From the NCBI RefSeq assembly GCF_052425735.1, contig NC_135767.1, positions 16,058,001-16,122,000 of the forward strand: a DNA stretch of 64,000 bases, given 5' to 3'. The notes under the pieces were generated by a model. It was not told the DNA's origin, did not search any database, and saw nothing but the letters and a program-made list of their open reading frames with translations. Every line of letters begins with the position of its first letter. Position 1 is the stretch's first letter. Shown here in pieces: positions 39,701 to 47,280 of the stretch. A program made the position numbers and the translations under genes. Source of the DNA: Oculina patagonica (Eukaryota).

Positions 39701-41716
39701 CATTCTTAATTGGTTATGTCACGTAAGATTTGGGCTACTCACGTTTTTAATTCTTATATAACGTTTGTAAATTTGACAAGTCACGTTTTTTCTACAAGAA
39801 CGGAAGTGTTGAAGCACAACTATAGAGTGACACTTTACAAGTCACGCGCTTTGATCACTCACAGCGGAAAGTATTTCCTTGAGAAATTAAAACAGTCCCT
39901 TGAAAGTATACAAGAATGTGGTTCGAGATAGAACAACTTGTCCACTATTCTCCTTTTCTTCTTGCTTGTAAACAAGTAAAAAAGTCGAAAAAATAGTAGT
40001 ACATCAGTTCACACAGCCACAAATATAAACAGTAAGCCACTTTTTTTTCCGGCAAACATTAAGGGTGTTTAAATTTCCTCCAAGAACAAACCGCTGCTGT
40101 AATATGTGACCATTTTGCATTTGACAATAGCACTACTATCACTTACCCACTATCGGGATCCAAAGCTATTGCTCTGGGTTCCTCCAGCTCTGAGGAAATA
40201 AGACTACGTTGGTTATTGCCATTTAGGTCTGATACTGATATTTTGTCGTATGTTGTATCAGTCCAATACAACTGGGTTGTTCTCCATTCCACCGCTAGTC
40301 CATCGCAAACTCCAATACCAGTAATAATTGTTGTCGTGCTTGCAATGTCAATGTGGAAACGTTTGATGTTTTTCTCTGATACATCACTCCAAAATATGTA
40401 TCCCAAGCTGAAATGAACATCTAGTGCCACGGCTCTTGTTAATCCCAAAACAACCGAATTTACAGCTGACGTTTTGTAGTCGACGGTAACGATATCCGAG
40501 GTGTTCGATACCAGTAAGCAAGGTGGACTGCACAACTTGGCTAACATTGACGCAGAAGGAAAAGAAAGGGGAAAAACAACTTCAGGCTAACAAGAATATC
40601 TGTGTAGAGACAACCTGACACGCTGGGGTAGAGGATGATAAAATAGGTTTAAGCAGGAGATAAGTTTCTGATGTAAATTCCCATAAGGCGAGCAAAAAAT
40701 ATGTGTAAAAATATTAAGTTCCTCTAGTTCGAGCATTTTGAAGTGGATCAAGCTATTTTTGTACTTTTCTCTCCTAGTAGGCTGTTCACCATTTAATAAG
40801 CGAATATCAAATAAAGCAATATCATATCGGAATGTTTGCAAAATCAAAGGTATGTTCTATTTTGTTTGCCTTTTTTTTAGTGAGTGTATCGAAACCTCAG
40901 TGCGTAAATTTCAAGTTGTTTCATTCGGCAGAATAGAGCAGTTGGAAAATAAATTTTTCAGATGTTTTGCAGTGTAGCCTCACTGAATAGCTTTACCTTT
41001 TGTCTGTACTTTGTCTTGCTCTGCAAACTTTATTTGCAGTTTAAACTTTATTTCAATTTTGCAATTTCCTTTACCCACAGGCAACCTTGTCTCCTGCCTA
41101 ATCAGTACGTAAGTACGCAAACAAAATAAAGCAATTGGAAAATAAAAGTTTCTCGGCCTGATGGATTTACCAATTTCTCTTACTTGTGGATGTTTGGCTC
41201 GCGCCCGCCTTCGGCAGCTTCGCTATTAAGTGACATATTCTTAATTATTTTTTTAATTACTGGCAAAATTGACAGGAAAGTGATTTTGTGTCACTACATT
41301 GTGTTTACTTAATCTTAATATTTCTTAAAGTGTATAATTAAAAAACCACATCCTTGATCCTTTAAAGTATTTTTTTTAGGTAGCAATAAAGAGAACAAAG
41401 AGTTCTTTCCGCCGTTTTACCTGTCAGGGCGTATTTTTTTAAAACAAAATACGACACACACAAAAAAAAAGATCCGAAATGCTGGCGTCTCATAACAGAA
41501 GATTTATAGCTTCAGCCATTCTACTTGTCAGGGCGTTTTTTCTAAAAGAATATGAGACAAGCTGGCGCCTTGAAAGAAGATTCATGTTCAGTGGCCAATT
41601 GCTGTTTTAATTATTCATAGTTTATTTATAATCAGTTTACCGCCATAAACTTGCACACTTTTCTTCATCGTTAACAAATGCACGGACAGTGCATATATCC
41701 ACCAAATAACACTCAT
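12621..41716 (-). CDS. Type I transmembrane receptor: SP-(YWTD propeller-EGF)x3-CCP/HYR stalk-SEA-like-GCC-TM-NPxY tail (LRP-like head on SVEP1-like stalk), about 2096 aa if exon 16 is skipped
   Basis: 27 phase-compatible exons: 41716-41641, 40540-40147, 38605-38208, 36979-36854, 35167-34762, 34158-33764, 32149-32024, 31053-30630, 29794-29397, 28737-28609, 28102-27929, 26704-26519, 26180-25998, 25820-25569, 24559-24365, [23834-23691 has stop], 22412-22221, 21868-21620, 21052-20873, 20433-20230, 19411-19172, 18708-18472, 18045-17839, 17615-17130, 14380-14222, 13943-13811, 12762-12621. Confidence 0.88.
12783..12830. repeat. (AAAT)n microsatellite
   Basis: About 11 tandem AAAT units. Confidence 0.9.
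12896..13391. mobile_element. piggyBac-type MITE
   Basis: TTAA|CCCTATTCAGACCGGG ... CCCGGTCTGAATAGGG|TTAA; perfect 16-bp TIR and TTAA TSD. Confidence 0.9.
13811..13943 (-). CDS. Receptor exon 26: transmembrane helix
   Basis: [30 protein letters not shown]; tttcag| acceptor, |gtgagt donor. Confidence 0.85.
14222..14380 (-). CDS. Receptor exon 25: Cys-rich GCC2/ephrin-receptor-like repeat
   Basis: [40 protein letters not shown]. Confidence 0.9.
14872..15014. repeat. Near-perfect palindrome (about 55-bp arms)
   Basis: ctagaaagcgttcagttacgtttttaatttctcatacatttgtctata vs tatagacaaatgtatgagaaattaaaaacgtaactgaacgctttctag. Confidence 0.9.
15176..15556 (-). mobile_element. Hairpin-headed non-autonomous element
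   Basis: 150-bp hairpin 15404-15553, subterminal IR ttattat(a/g)ca, CCAATCA near distal end. Confidence 0.7.
15578..17019. mobile_element. Non-autonomous TIR element with 6-bp TSD, carrying two nested MITEs
   Basis: ACTTCT|GAGGCCCTGTTAGGG ... CCCTAACAGGGCCTC|ACTTCT; AGGGATAA subterminal repeats; nested 15948-16409 (TTACC TSD) and 15985-16167 (TA TSD). Confidence 0.85.
17130..17615 (-). CDS. Receptor exon 24: SEA-like domain with furin-type site
   Basis: ...[16 protein letters not shown]...LTVYF...; ends with C.KGQV.RGTKC leading into the GCC repeat, as in SVEP1-like proteins. Confidence 0.85.
17839..18045 (-). CDS. Receptor exon 23: sushi/CCP
   Basis: [14 protein letters not shown]...CNKGF...YHCTPDGTW...PDCS. 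Confidence 0.88.
18472..18708 (-). CDS. Receptor exon 22: HYR
   Basis: [14 protein letters not shown]...TDNVG...YTASD...[10 protein letters not shown]. Confidence 0.9.
19172..19411 (-). CDS. Receptor exon 21: HYR
   Basis: [12 protein letters not shown]...[12 protein letters not shown]...[17 protein letters not shown]. Confidence 0.9.
19610..20020. mobile_element. MITE with ACTCTTTTT..TATAAGAAT termini
   Basis: actctttttattttataagaat vs attcttataaaaaaaagagtgta; internal TAAGAAT repeats. Confidence 0.65.
20230..20433 (-). CDS. Receptor exon 20: sushi/CCP
   Basis: [12 protein letters not shown]...GYRLEG...SCLESGSWS...CK. Confidence 0.88.
20873..21052 (-). CDS. Receptor exon 19: sushi/CCP
   Basis: [11 protein letters not shown]...[30 protein letters not shown]. 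Confidence 0.88.
21620..21868 (-). CDS. Receptor exon 18: HYR
   Basis: [12 protein letters not shown]...[11 protein letters not shown]...[19 protein letters not shown]. Confidence 0.9.
22221..22412 (-). CDS. Receptor exon 17: sushi/CCP
   Basis: [12 protein letters not shown]...[28 protein letters not shown]...CR (frame not in ORF track). Confidence 0.88.
22555..23515 (+). mobile_element. Hairpin-headed non-autonomous element
   Basis: Hairpin 22557-22673; subterminal IR ttattaaattct (22674) / agaatttaataa (23504); AACCAATCAG near distal end. Confidence 0.75.
23691..23834 (-). pseudogene. Receptor exon 16: internally deleted sushi exon with in-frame TAG
   Basis: [47 protein letters not shown]; TAG at 23724-23722; intact tag|/|gtgag splice sites; 144 bp vs 174-207 bp for sibling exons. 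Confidence 0.8.
24075..24252. mobile_element. PIF/Harbinger-type MITE
   Basis: TTA|GGGACCAGTGATTA ... TAATGACTGGTCCC|TTA. Confidence 0.7.
24365..24559 (-). CDS. Receptor exon 15: sushi/CCP
   Basis: INC...[17 protein letters not shown]...GFW...PKCE. Confidence 0.88.
25569..25820 (-). CDS. Receptor exon 14: HYR
   Basis: DVLPPTF..CP...[13 protein letters not shown]...[19 protein letters not shown]. Confidence 0.9.
25998..26180 (-). CDS. Receptor exon 13: sushi/CCP
   Basis: VSCPPL...CVFGCQSGY...TCLQSGQWS...C. Confidence 0.88.
26519..26704 (-). CDS. Receptor exon 12: sushi/CCP
   Basis: [12 protein letters not shown]...FSCKVGF...CTENGTWSG...C. Confidence 0.88.
27060..27500 (+). mobile_element. 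Degenerate CR1/L2-like LINE ORF2 fragment
   Basis: [39 protein letters not shown]...PYFDY with frameshifts. Confidence 0.8.
27595..27777. other. Assembly gap (N run)
   Basis: 183 N. Confidence 1.
27929..28102 (-). CDS. Receptor exon 11: sushi/CCP
   Basis: [10 protein letters not shown]...C.LSCDVGY...C...GTWTG..P.C. Confidence 0.88.
28609..28737 (-). CDS. Receptor exon 10: EGF
   Basis: [26 protein letters not shown]...TCE. Confidence 0.9.
29257..29376. mobile_element. Short palindromic Harbinger-like MITE
   Basis: ggccagggccaaacgtcgagcttca..gtcgaacctaatgca vs tgcattacgttcgac..tgaagatcgacgtttgacccaagcc; TTA/TAA flanks. Confidence 0.65.
29397..29794 (-). CDS. Receptor exon 9: propeller 3, C-half
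   Basis: MYWSDWG, LYWCDA, LYWSDW. Confidence 0.92.
30630..31053 (-). CDS. Receptor exon 8: propeller 3, N-half
   Basis: [22 protein letters not shown]; acceptor position chosen for phase (AAG). Confidence 0.88.
31381..31727. mobile_element. MITE with GAG...CTC ends and 6-bp TSD
   Basis: ATCCCC|GAGTGTCTCAATGGG ... CCCATTGAAACCCTC|ATCCCC; internal TTAACCGT repeats. Confidence 0.85.
32024..32149 (-). CDS. Receptor exon 7: EGF
   Basis: [37 protein letters not shown]. Confidence 0.9.
32617..33614. mobile_element. Tc1/mariner/pogo-type non-autonomous element
   Basis: TA|CAGTATGTGGACCTAAATCCGGAC ... GTCCGGACCAAGGCCACGCACTG|TA; TCCGGAC subterminal repeats. Confidence 0.65.
33764..34158 (-). CDS. 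Receptor exon 6: propeller 2, C-half
   Basis: [27 protein letters not shown]. Confidence 0.92.
34762..35167 (-). CDS. Receptor exon 5: propeller 2, N-half
   Basis: [22 protein letters not shown]. Confidence 0.92.
36221..36563. mobile_element. MITE with about 63-bp TIRs and an internal 55-bp tandem duplication
   Basis: aaccttaaagatgcaaatttccactt...ttagacaggcgttctcaa vs ttgagaacgcctgtctaa...aagtggaaatttgcatctctaaggtt. Confidence 0.8.
36854..36979 (-). CDS. Receptor exon 4: EGF
   Basis: [41 protein letters not shown]. Confidence 0.9.
37738..38005. repeat. Degenerate (TT)CCGAAG minisatellite, about 11-bp period, adjacent to hairpin 38060-38185
   Basis: About 20 copies of C(C)GAAG-like motifs. 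Confidence 0.8.
38208..38605 (-). CDS. Receptor exon 3: YWTD propeller 1, C-half
   Basis: [31 protein letters not shown]. Confidence 0.92.
40147..40540 (-). CDS. Receptor exon 2: YWTD propeller 1, N-half
   Basis: [27 protein letters not shown]. Confidence 0.92.
41641..41716 (-). CDS. Receptor exon 1: putative signal peptide
   Basis: [25 protein letters not shown] then G|gtaaac, phase 1, joins exon 2. Confidence 0.65.
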
Positions 41717-42079
41717 GATCTTTGGTAAAAGCTCCTGTGCCAAAAAGAAAACAATACAAAGTAACTGACCAAGCACGATGCAGTGGTCTGTTAGAACAAA
41801 ATAAAGAACATCTTGTTGAGCGAGCCACAGAGCAAAGCAGTCTTACTCCAGGGAGAAACGTTAACCTGTTAGTTCCTTTATGAATGAATGATATCTATTG
41901 TAAGAAAACAAAACAAAATACACAGTGTCCTACATGGACTGTTTTGAAAACGTAAAGTTTGCGCGCGAATGACACGCGCGCCTTCACCTCCCTTATTCGC
42001 TTTTGATTCTCACATGGCGATGCTTGTCAAGTTGCATAAGGTGTGTCTCCGAGCTCCAACAGCGTTATACCCTTTGGGG

Positions 42080-42343
42080 AGAGGGGGAGTACTCCCATAT
42101 ATGAACTTTATAGGTATGTGCAGCTGTGAAGGGTATGGTTTTTAGTTTAGCGGTTTAGTCTGAGATAGGGTATAGAAATACAGAGAGTTTTGGTCTAGCA
42201 TTGGGTATGATTTGATTTGCCGATTAGTCTAGTTTAGGTTGCAAAATCAGTTGGACATGGTCTGGTATAGGGTAAGGGTTTCAAAGTTCCAGGCCTAGTG
42301 GCACACACCCTCCCGAAAATATACAAAGTCCCCCACCCCCGGG
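42080..42343. mobile_element. Non-autonomous element with G/C-rich ends (CCCGGG-type)
   Basis: gggggagtactcccatat...ggtatg..gggtat repeats...cccccacccccggg; left end degenerate. Confidence 0.45.
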
Positions 42344-43429
42344 CCTTACACTTCCGCGAAGAAAAGCTGGAGTGAATAAAACAGTCCAATAAAACAACTT
42401 GGGTACTTATTATAGTAAAGAACCAGTCGCTCAATTAGAAGCTGCGTCATGATATTTCACCAAATAACTGTTTTGTTGTTTTCCTAGATGTGCATCGTCG
42501 TGTCGTGTGAAGTTGACCTCGTTTTACCAAGTGCAGCATAGGCAAACGGAAATAGCAAACACGTACTTAGCAATTAAGAAAACTGTCACGAAGAGATTTT
42601 ATTTTAAAACGAAATCTGGTCAGTCACCGATATGACGAGACTCCACGTTATTCCAAGGAGGTATGTGGTATGGCAGTTTCAAATGTATAGTTATGTTTTG
42701 TTACCTCTGGTAAAATTACGCCCCGAACTAGGTAATAAATACTAGCGACGCTTAAGCTAGATCATTGCTTCTTACTGCGTTCACTTCAATTGCGAAGGAG
42801 ATTGCGAAGTGAATTTCGTTTGTTTTGTGCGTTGCGATTTCTAACTATCCAGACGTACAAAGAGGACAATCGGTAAGCTCTTCAATTCTCAAGTTCACAT
42901 CAGTATCTTGCTTTCGAGTATTATGTTATGTATCAAGTTATGCAACTATAGTTCTGCCTTGTTCCTTTCTTGTCACTTAGATTTGAATGTTGTTTTACTT
43001 GTATTTAAGTTTGACGATTTTCGATCCCTGGACTAATCATTCGTAAAGAAATAAAAAAAAAAACGCACCCAAGTGCATTGTTGAGTTAATAAGCACGCGG
43101 GAATTTAATGACGCGAGAGAAGTGCATAGAGAAGCACTGGGCGCAGCCGAGTGCTTCTCGTAGTTCTCGAGTGTTCTTAAAAATTCTCGCGTGCTTATAT
43201 AACTCAACAATGCTGGCGGAGAAAGGTTTTTGTTTCTTTTTCATACCAAAGTTTCTACAACTACTGCTAAATAATAGATATTCCAAATATTCTACATGTA
43301 GGACTATAAACAACTGGCCGAAAGGCGATGAAGCTGTTAATGCAAAGCAGGATATGCCAATAGCGTTGTGCTTTAAAATTTAGCGCAGTTATCGCTTTCA
43401 GTTTCTAACAAATTGAAAAGGGACTTACC

Positions 43430-43910
43430 CCTAATAAATTGAATTAGATGTGTCTGTGATCTCCTAAAGAGGCCTACTACTGTTTCCGCCAAAGTAGTAA
43501 AGTAGCAAAGAACTTATAGTAATATAGAATCTGGGCCTTAAAACCTCCTTTGCATAATCAGCATAATCAGTATTCGAAGTAAGATTGACCGAATTTGTGC
43601 AGAGCTGACCCCGTTTCAGCACTACGCGGATTCTCTTGTAAACAGTCATGTTTCCATGGCTATCAGTGAGGAAAAAAAAATTAACAAAGAAACCGAAGCC
43701 TTTAAAGTATATCACTTAGCATGCAGCTTGCATCAGTGAATTAACACTTTACAAAGTATATATTTATAATTTTTTTTTTATGGCGAATTGATTTTGCCTC
43801 GTACTTTTTTAAGACAAATTTTCAGTTCATAGTCAAGAGAAAGTTGCTCTACACACGCAGAAGGGTTTCAGTCTGAAGTGGTCTGGACCTGCTCTCGTTA
43901 AAGGTAAGTG
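43430..43910 (+). repeat. Diverged direct duplication, copy 1 (copy 2 at about 46215-46745)
   Basis: Shared blocks, e.g. ttgtgcagagctgaccccgtttcagcactacgc and cagaagggtttcagtct.aagtggtctggac. Confidence 0.85.
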
Positions 43911-46214
43911 TTCGGTTAATACTGTTTTAGACATCCGCTTCATTAATGTAATGATCAACTCCGTTATACAATAAAATCTATAAAGACTGAATGAGAATAA
44001 AATTCCATGGAATTCCAGGCATACCTTGAGCAGAATAGAAATCCACAGTCGTGTGATCATGACGTATGTTAACTTGCTCTGTTTTGAAGACACTTAGCTG
44101 TGTTAAATCAAGCAGAAATGGAAGGCAAAATCAGTTAAATGATAGGAGTCACTTATTCTTAGCTGGCATGAGGGTTAGTAATAACCGATTTTGATCTGAA
44201 CAGAAGTTAAGAGATATCGAAACGCAGTCAAACGAATTCGTGTAAATAAAATGTTATTTAAATTTATAAATCCTCAGAATAAGGGTTCATTTGTCCACCT
44301 ACATTAGATACTATAAAGAAATTAAACGAGTTGCTTCAGGAGGAATGTTTCGGGGGGGAAATATATATCTAAATTTTTTGCGAACATTTTTATCCCTTAC
44401 TACAGCCTCGACAGGCTTAAGAGGCCTCATGGGCCCAATAAGGATATGTAACAGCCTCAACAGTTGTTCTCAGAACACGCTCATTAGTTTGCCGAATATA
44501 ATACAAAACTAAGAAGCTATTCAAAAGCAAGTCAATCGCGATGAAAAAAAAAGATGAGTTAAGATTGATAAAAGCAAGAATGGATATTGTTTGCTTTAAT
44601 AAAGGTCGAAGAACTAAATCACAACATTTTCATTCTACTTGTAAGCAACCTCCGTTACAGGGCCTAAACTATAGGCTGCAAAATTTGGAAGAGTCGAGCA
44701 AAAATCAATATCAACGGTAACATTGCAAATATGCAACTTTTTTTTCATTTTTAACACAGGACACGTGAAATGCTTATCAACTTGTCTTTCGATGCGCATA
44801 AACATCTGATGTCATATTAAATGTGCTTAAAATATATTGCTTTTTTCTGAGAAAACATTCTCGTAGTGATCACCTCTTACTCAAGGTCCTTTTTGAGAAG
44901 ATTTTCAAAATAATTCACTGGAACCTATTGCACCAGTTTTGCCCATCAAGAACGTAAATAAAATTCCATTAGGGCTTCTTACAGTGTATAAGCTAAAGAT
45001 TACGAAACTGATAACAAGTTAGAGAATAGAAAATAATATGTAGGTTATACTAAAGCTGCTAAGAAACTGATTCGACTTGAAAATCCAAAAAATCGCAAAC
45101 AAACCAAACAAAACAAAACAAAAGAACACCATTTTAAAATTCTTTCGGAGCAAAATAAAACAAATTGTTAGCTCAACTGAGAATGCGGATATTTTGATGA
45201 CTATTTCAAAAAAAAGTTGCCATCTTTATTATTTACTATTTCAATTTTCATAGCAAATTGATCAATAACACGTATTTAGTAGGTCAACTACGTCTAATTT
45301 TTATATGAAAGACTAGTTTTAATCATGCTGAACTACAGTCAATGTTACACGAATTTTCCTTTTTTGCGACTTGCAACGCAACGATGACGACTGGATATCA
45401 TTGCAATATGGGTGTCACATGTACGTTTGAAATCAATTTCTCGGAAACTTGCAACAACCCCGGTTTTTTTTTTCGGCTGCAGTCTTTAATCTTGGACGAA
45501 GAAACTCCTTTATACCCCCAAAGAGCGAACACCCCCATTCCCGATCTTTCCCATTTCAACTGAGACGCAGTTTCTTGTGTTTCTTGGATTTTAATTTGCC
45601 ATTTGCTACTAGCAAATTGGCAATTAGCATCCCAATTTTGCGCTGCGGTAGTGCAAAGTTGCTCGGCAAGGAGTTGGATAACTAAACTAGATGAAATGTT
45701 TTTTTCTTTTTAGCTTTGTTGTCATTTGCGTTAGACAACTCTGGAATGTTAAAACGCTATTAATATATAAACAGTCGGACGTTTCGTGGATAACCTTTGG
45801 ATAACCCCTTCAATAGCTCAGTCACGTCTCTGCTAGGTACGGTGATAAACAACATCGATATGCTTAAGAAGCACAATGAGATGGAAAAAATTTGAGACTG
45901 CCTGTTCGCACATAAAATACAAATGGTTAATTCGTAAAATCTCACTAAAACAAACTTCGCATTACCCGCCCTACGAGGGTGAATCTTGAAGGAAAAAATA
46001 TGTCGCTCTGATGAGTACGAATAACAAATACTATTAAAAAGGTGTTCTGCTCGTATAAACCATCTACCAAATTTGTTAAGGGTACAAAGGAAACGTTTTG
46101 GATGTTGATAACAAGCGCTTCAGTTGAAAGCAATATATGAAATTGCGGCTTCAAATTTAGTACAACAATCACTTTCAGTTTCAGGGGGGTTCCTTAAATG
46201 AAATGGGAAGTACT

Positions 46215-46745
46215 CCTAATAAAATGCAGTAGATGTGTCTGCGATCTCCAATACAGGCCATGTATATAGTTTCCGCCACGCAAAACTGGAGTAAAAAGCC
46301 AAAACAAAGTCTATTTTGGATAATATAGGATCTAGTCCTTAAAACCTATTGCCTAGGAGAGAAATTGTAAACAAAAGAATGACCGATTTTGTGCAGAGCT
46401 GACCCCGTTTCAGCACTACGCTGATTCTATTGTAAACAATTCATGTTTACATGGTTATATATGAAGTAGAAGAAGTTAACAAAGAAAGCGAAACCTTTAA
46501 AATAAATTACTTAGCTTAAGTGTGTTGATCTAAGACCGCGGAATGTCAACAAAAGGTAGCTGCAGTTTGCATCAGTAAAATAACACTTTACAAAAGGTGC
46601 AATACGTTAAATTGATTTTATTTTTACTGAAAACTTATTTTCAGTTTAAAGTCGAGAGTAAATTTTTGTATTTTAAAAGCTTTTCTGCCCACACAGAAGG
46701 GTTTCAGTCTAAAGTGGTCTGGACTTGCTATCGTTTGAGGTAAAC
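46215..46745 (+). repeat. Diverged direct duplication, copy 2
   Basis: Colinear with 43430-43910. Confidence 0.85.
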
Positions 46746-47087
46746 ACGCACGCAGTAATGAACTTCGTTACACTCTTTTCATAAGAATATTGACTAAAGC
46801 GAGACGGCATAAGCAAAATAATACCGACAGAAATCAATTAAAGGTTTGGATCTTCAGGAGTTACATGAATATTAAGAAAGGTAGCTACACGACCGAAAGG
46901 AGGTAGCTGACTTTTCTTTCTTTCCATAGACTTATAACATTACTAATTACGTGGAAAGGAAGTTATTTCTGGATTCCGTCGTCGTTGGGAAAGGGGGATA
47001 TTTCATGTGAAAAATGCATTAGCCCTACATTTTGCGTCAAGAGTAATTTTGGTATGTCCATCCACTAGCCTACGCTTCTCCTGCAAC

Positions 47088-47280
47088 ATGACCTCCTTCG
47101 CCAAGTTAGTTGTCGTTGTTTTGGTGCTAGCATTTGTAGTCATCCCAAATTGTGTAGATGCATGTGGATCAAGATCAGGTCGAAGAACGCCATCAAGACC
47201 AAGAGCAAGAGCAAATCCACCTCCAAGTTCATCCAGCCGTAGAAGAAGCTCGTCGTATTCTTATAGACACTGTGGACCTT
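47088..47280 (+). CDS. Gene 4 exon 1: signal peptide plus Arg/Ser-rich segment
   Basis: MTSFAKLVVVVLVLAFVVIPNCVDA-CGSRSGRRTPSRPRARANPPPSSSSRRRSSSYSYRHCGP; donor |gtaagt. Confidence 0.8.

Noticed and set aside
12621-41716. Calling the receptor LRP4/LRP5/LRP6 or SVEP1
   Set aside because: Lacks LDLa repeats and PPPSP motifs, and lacks vWA/pentraxin domains; only modules are shared, so no gene symbol is assigned
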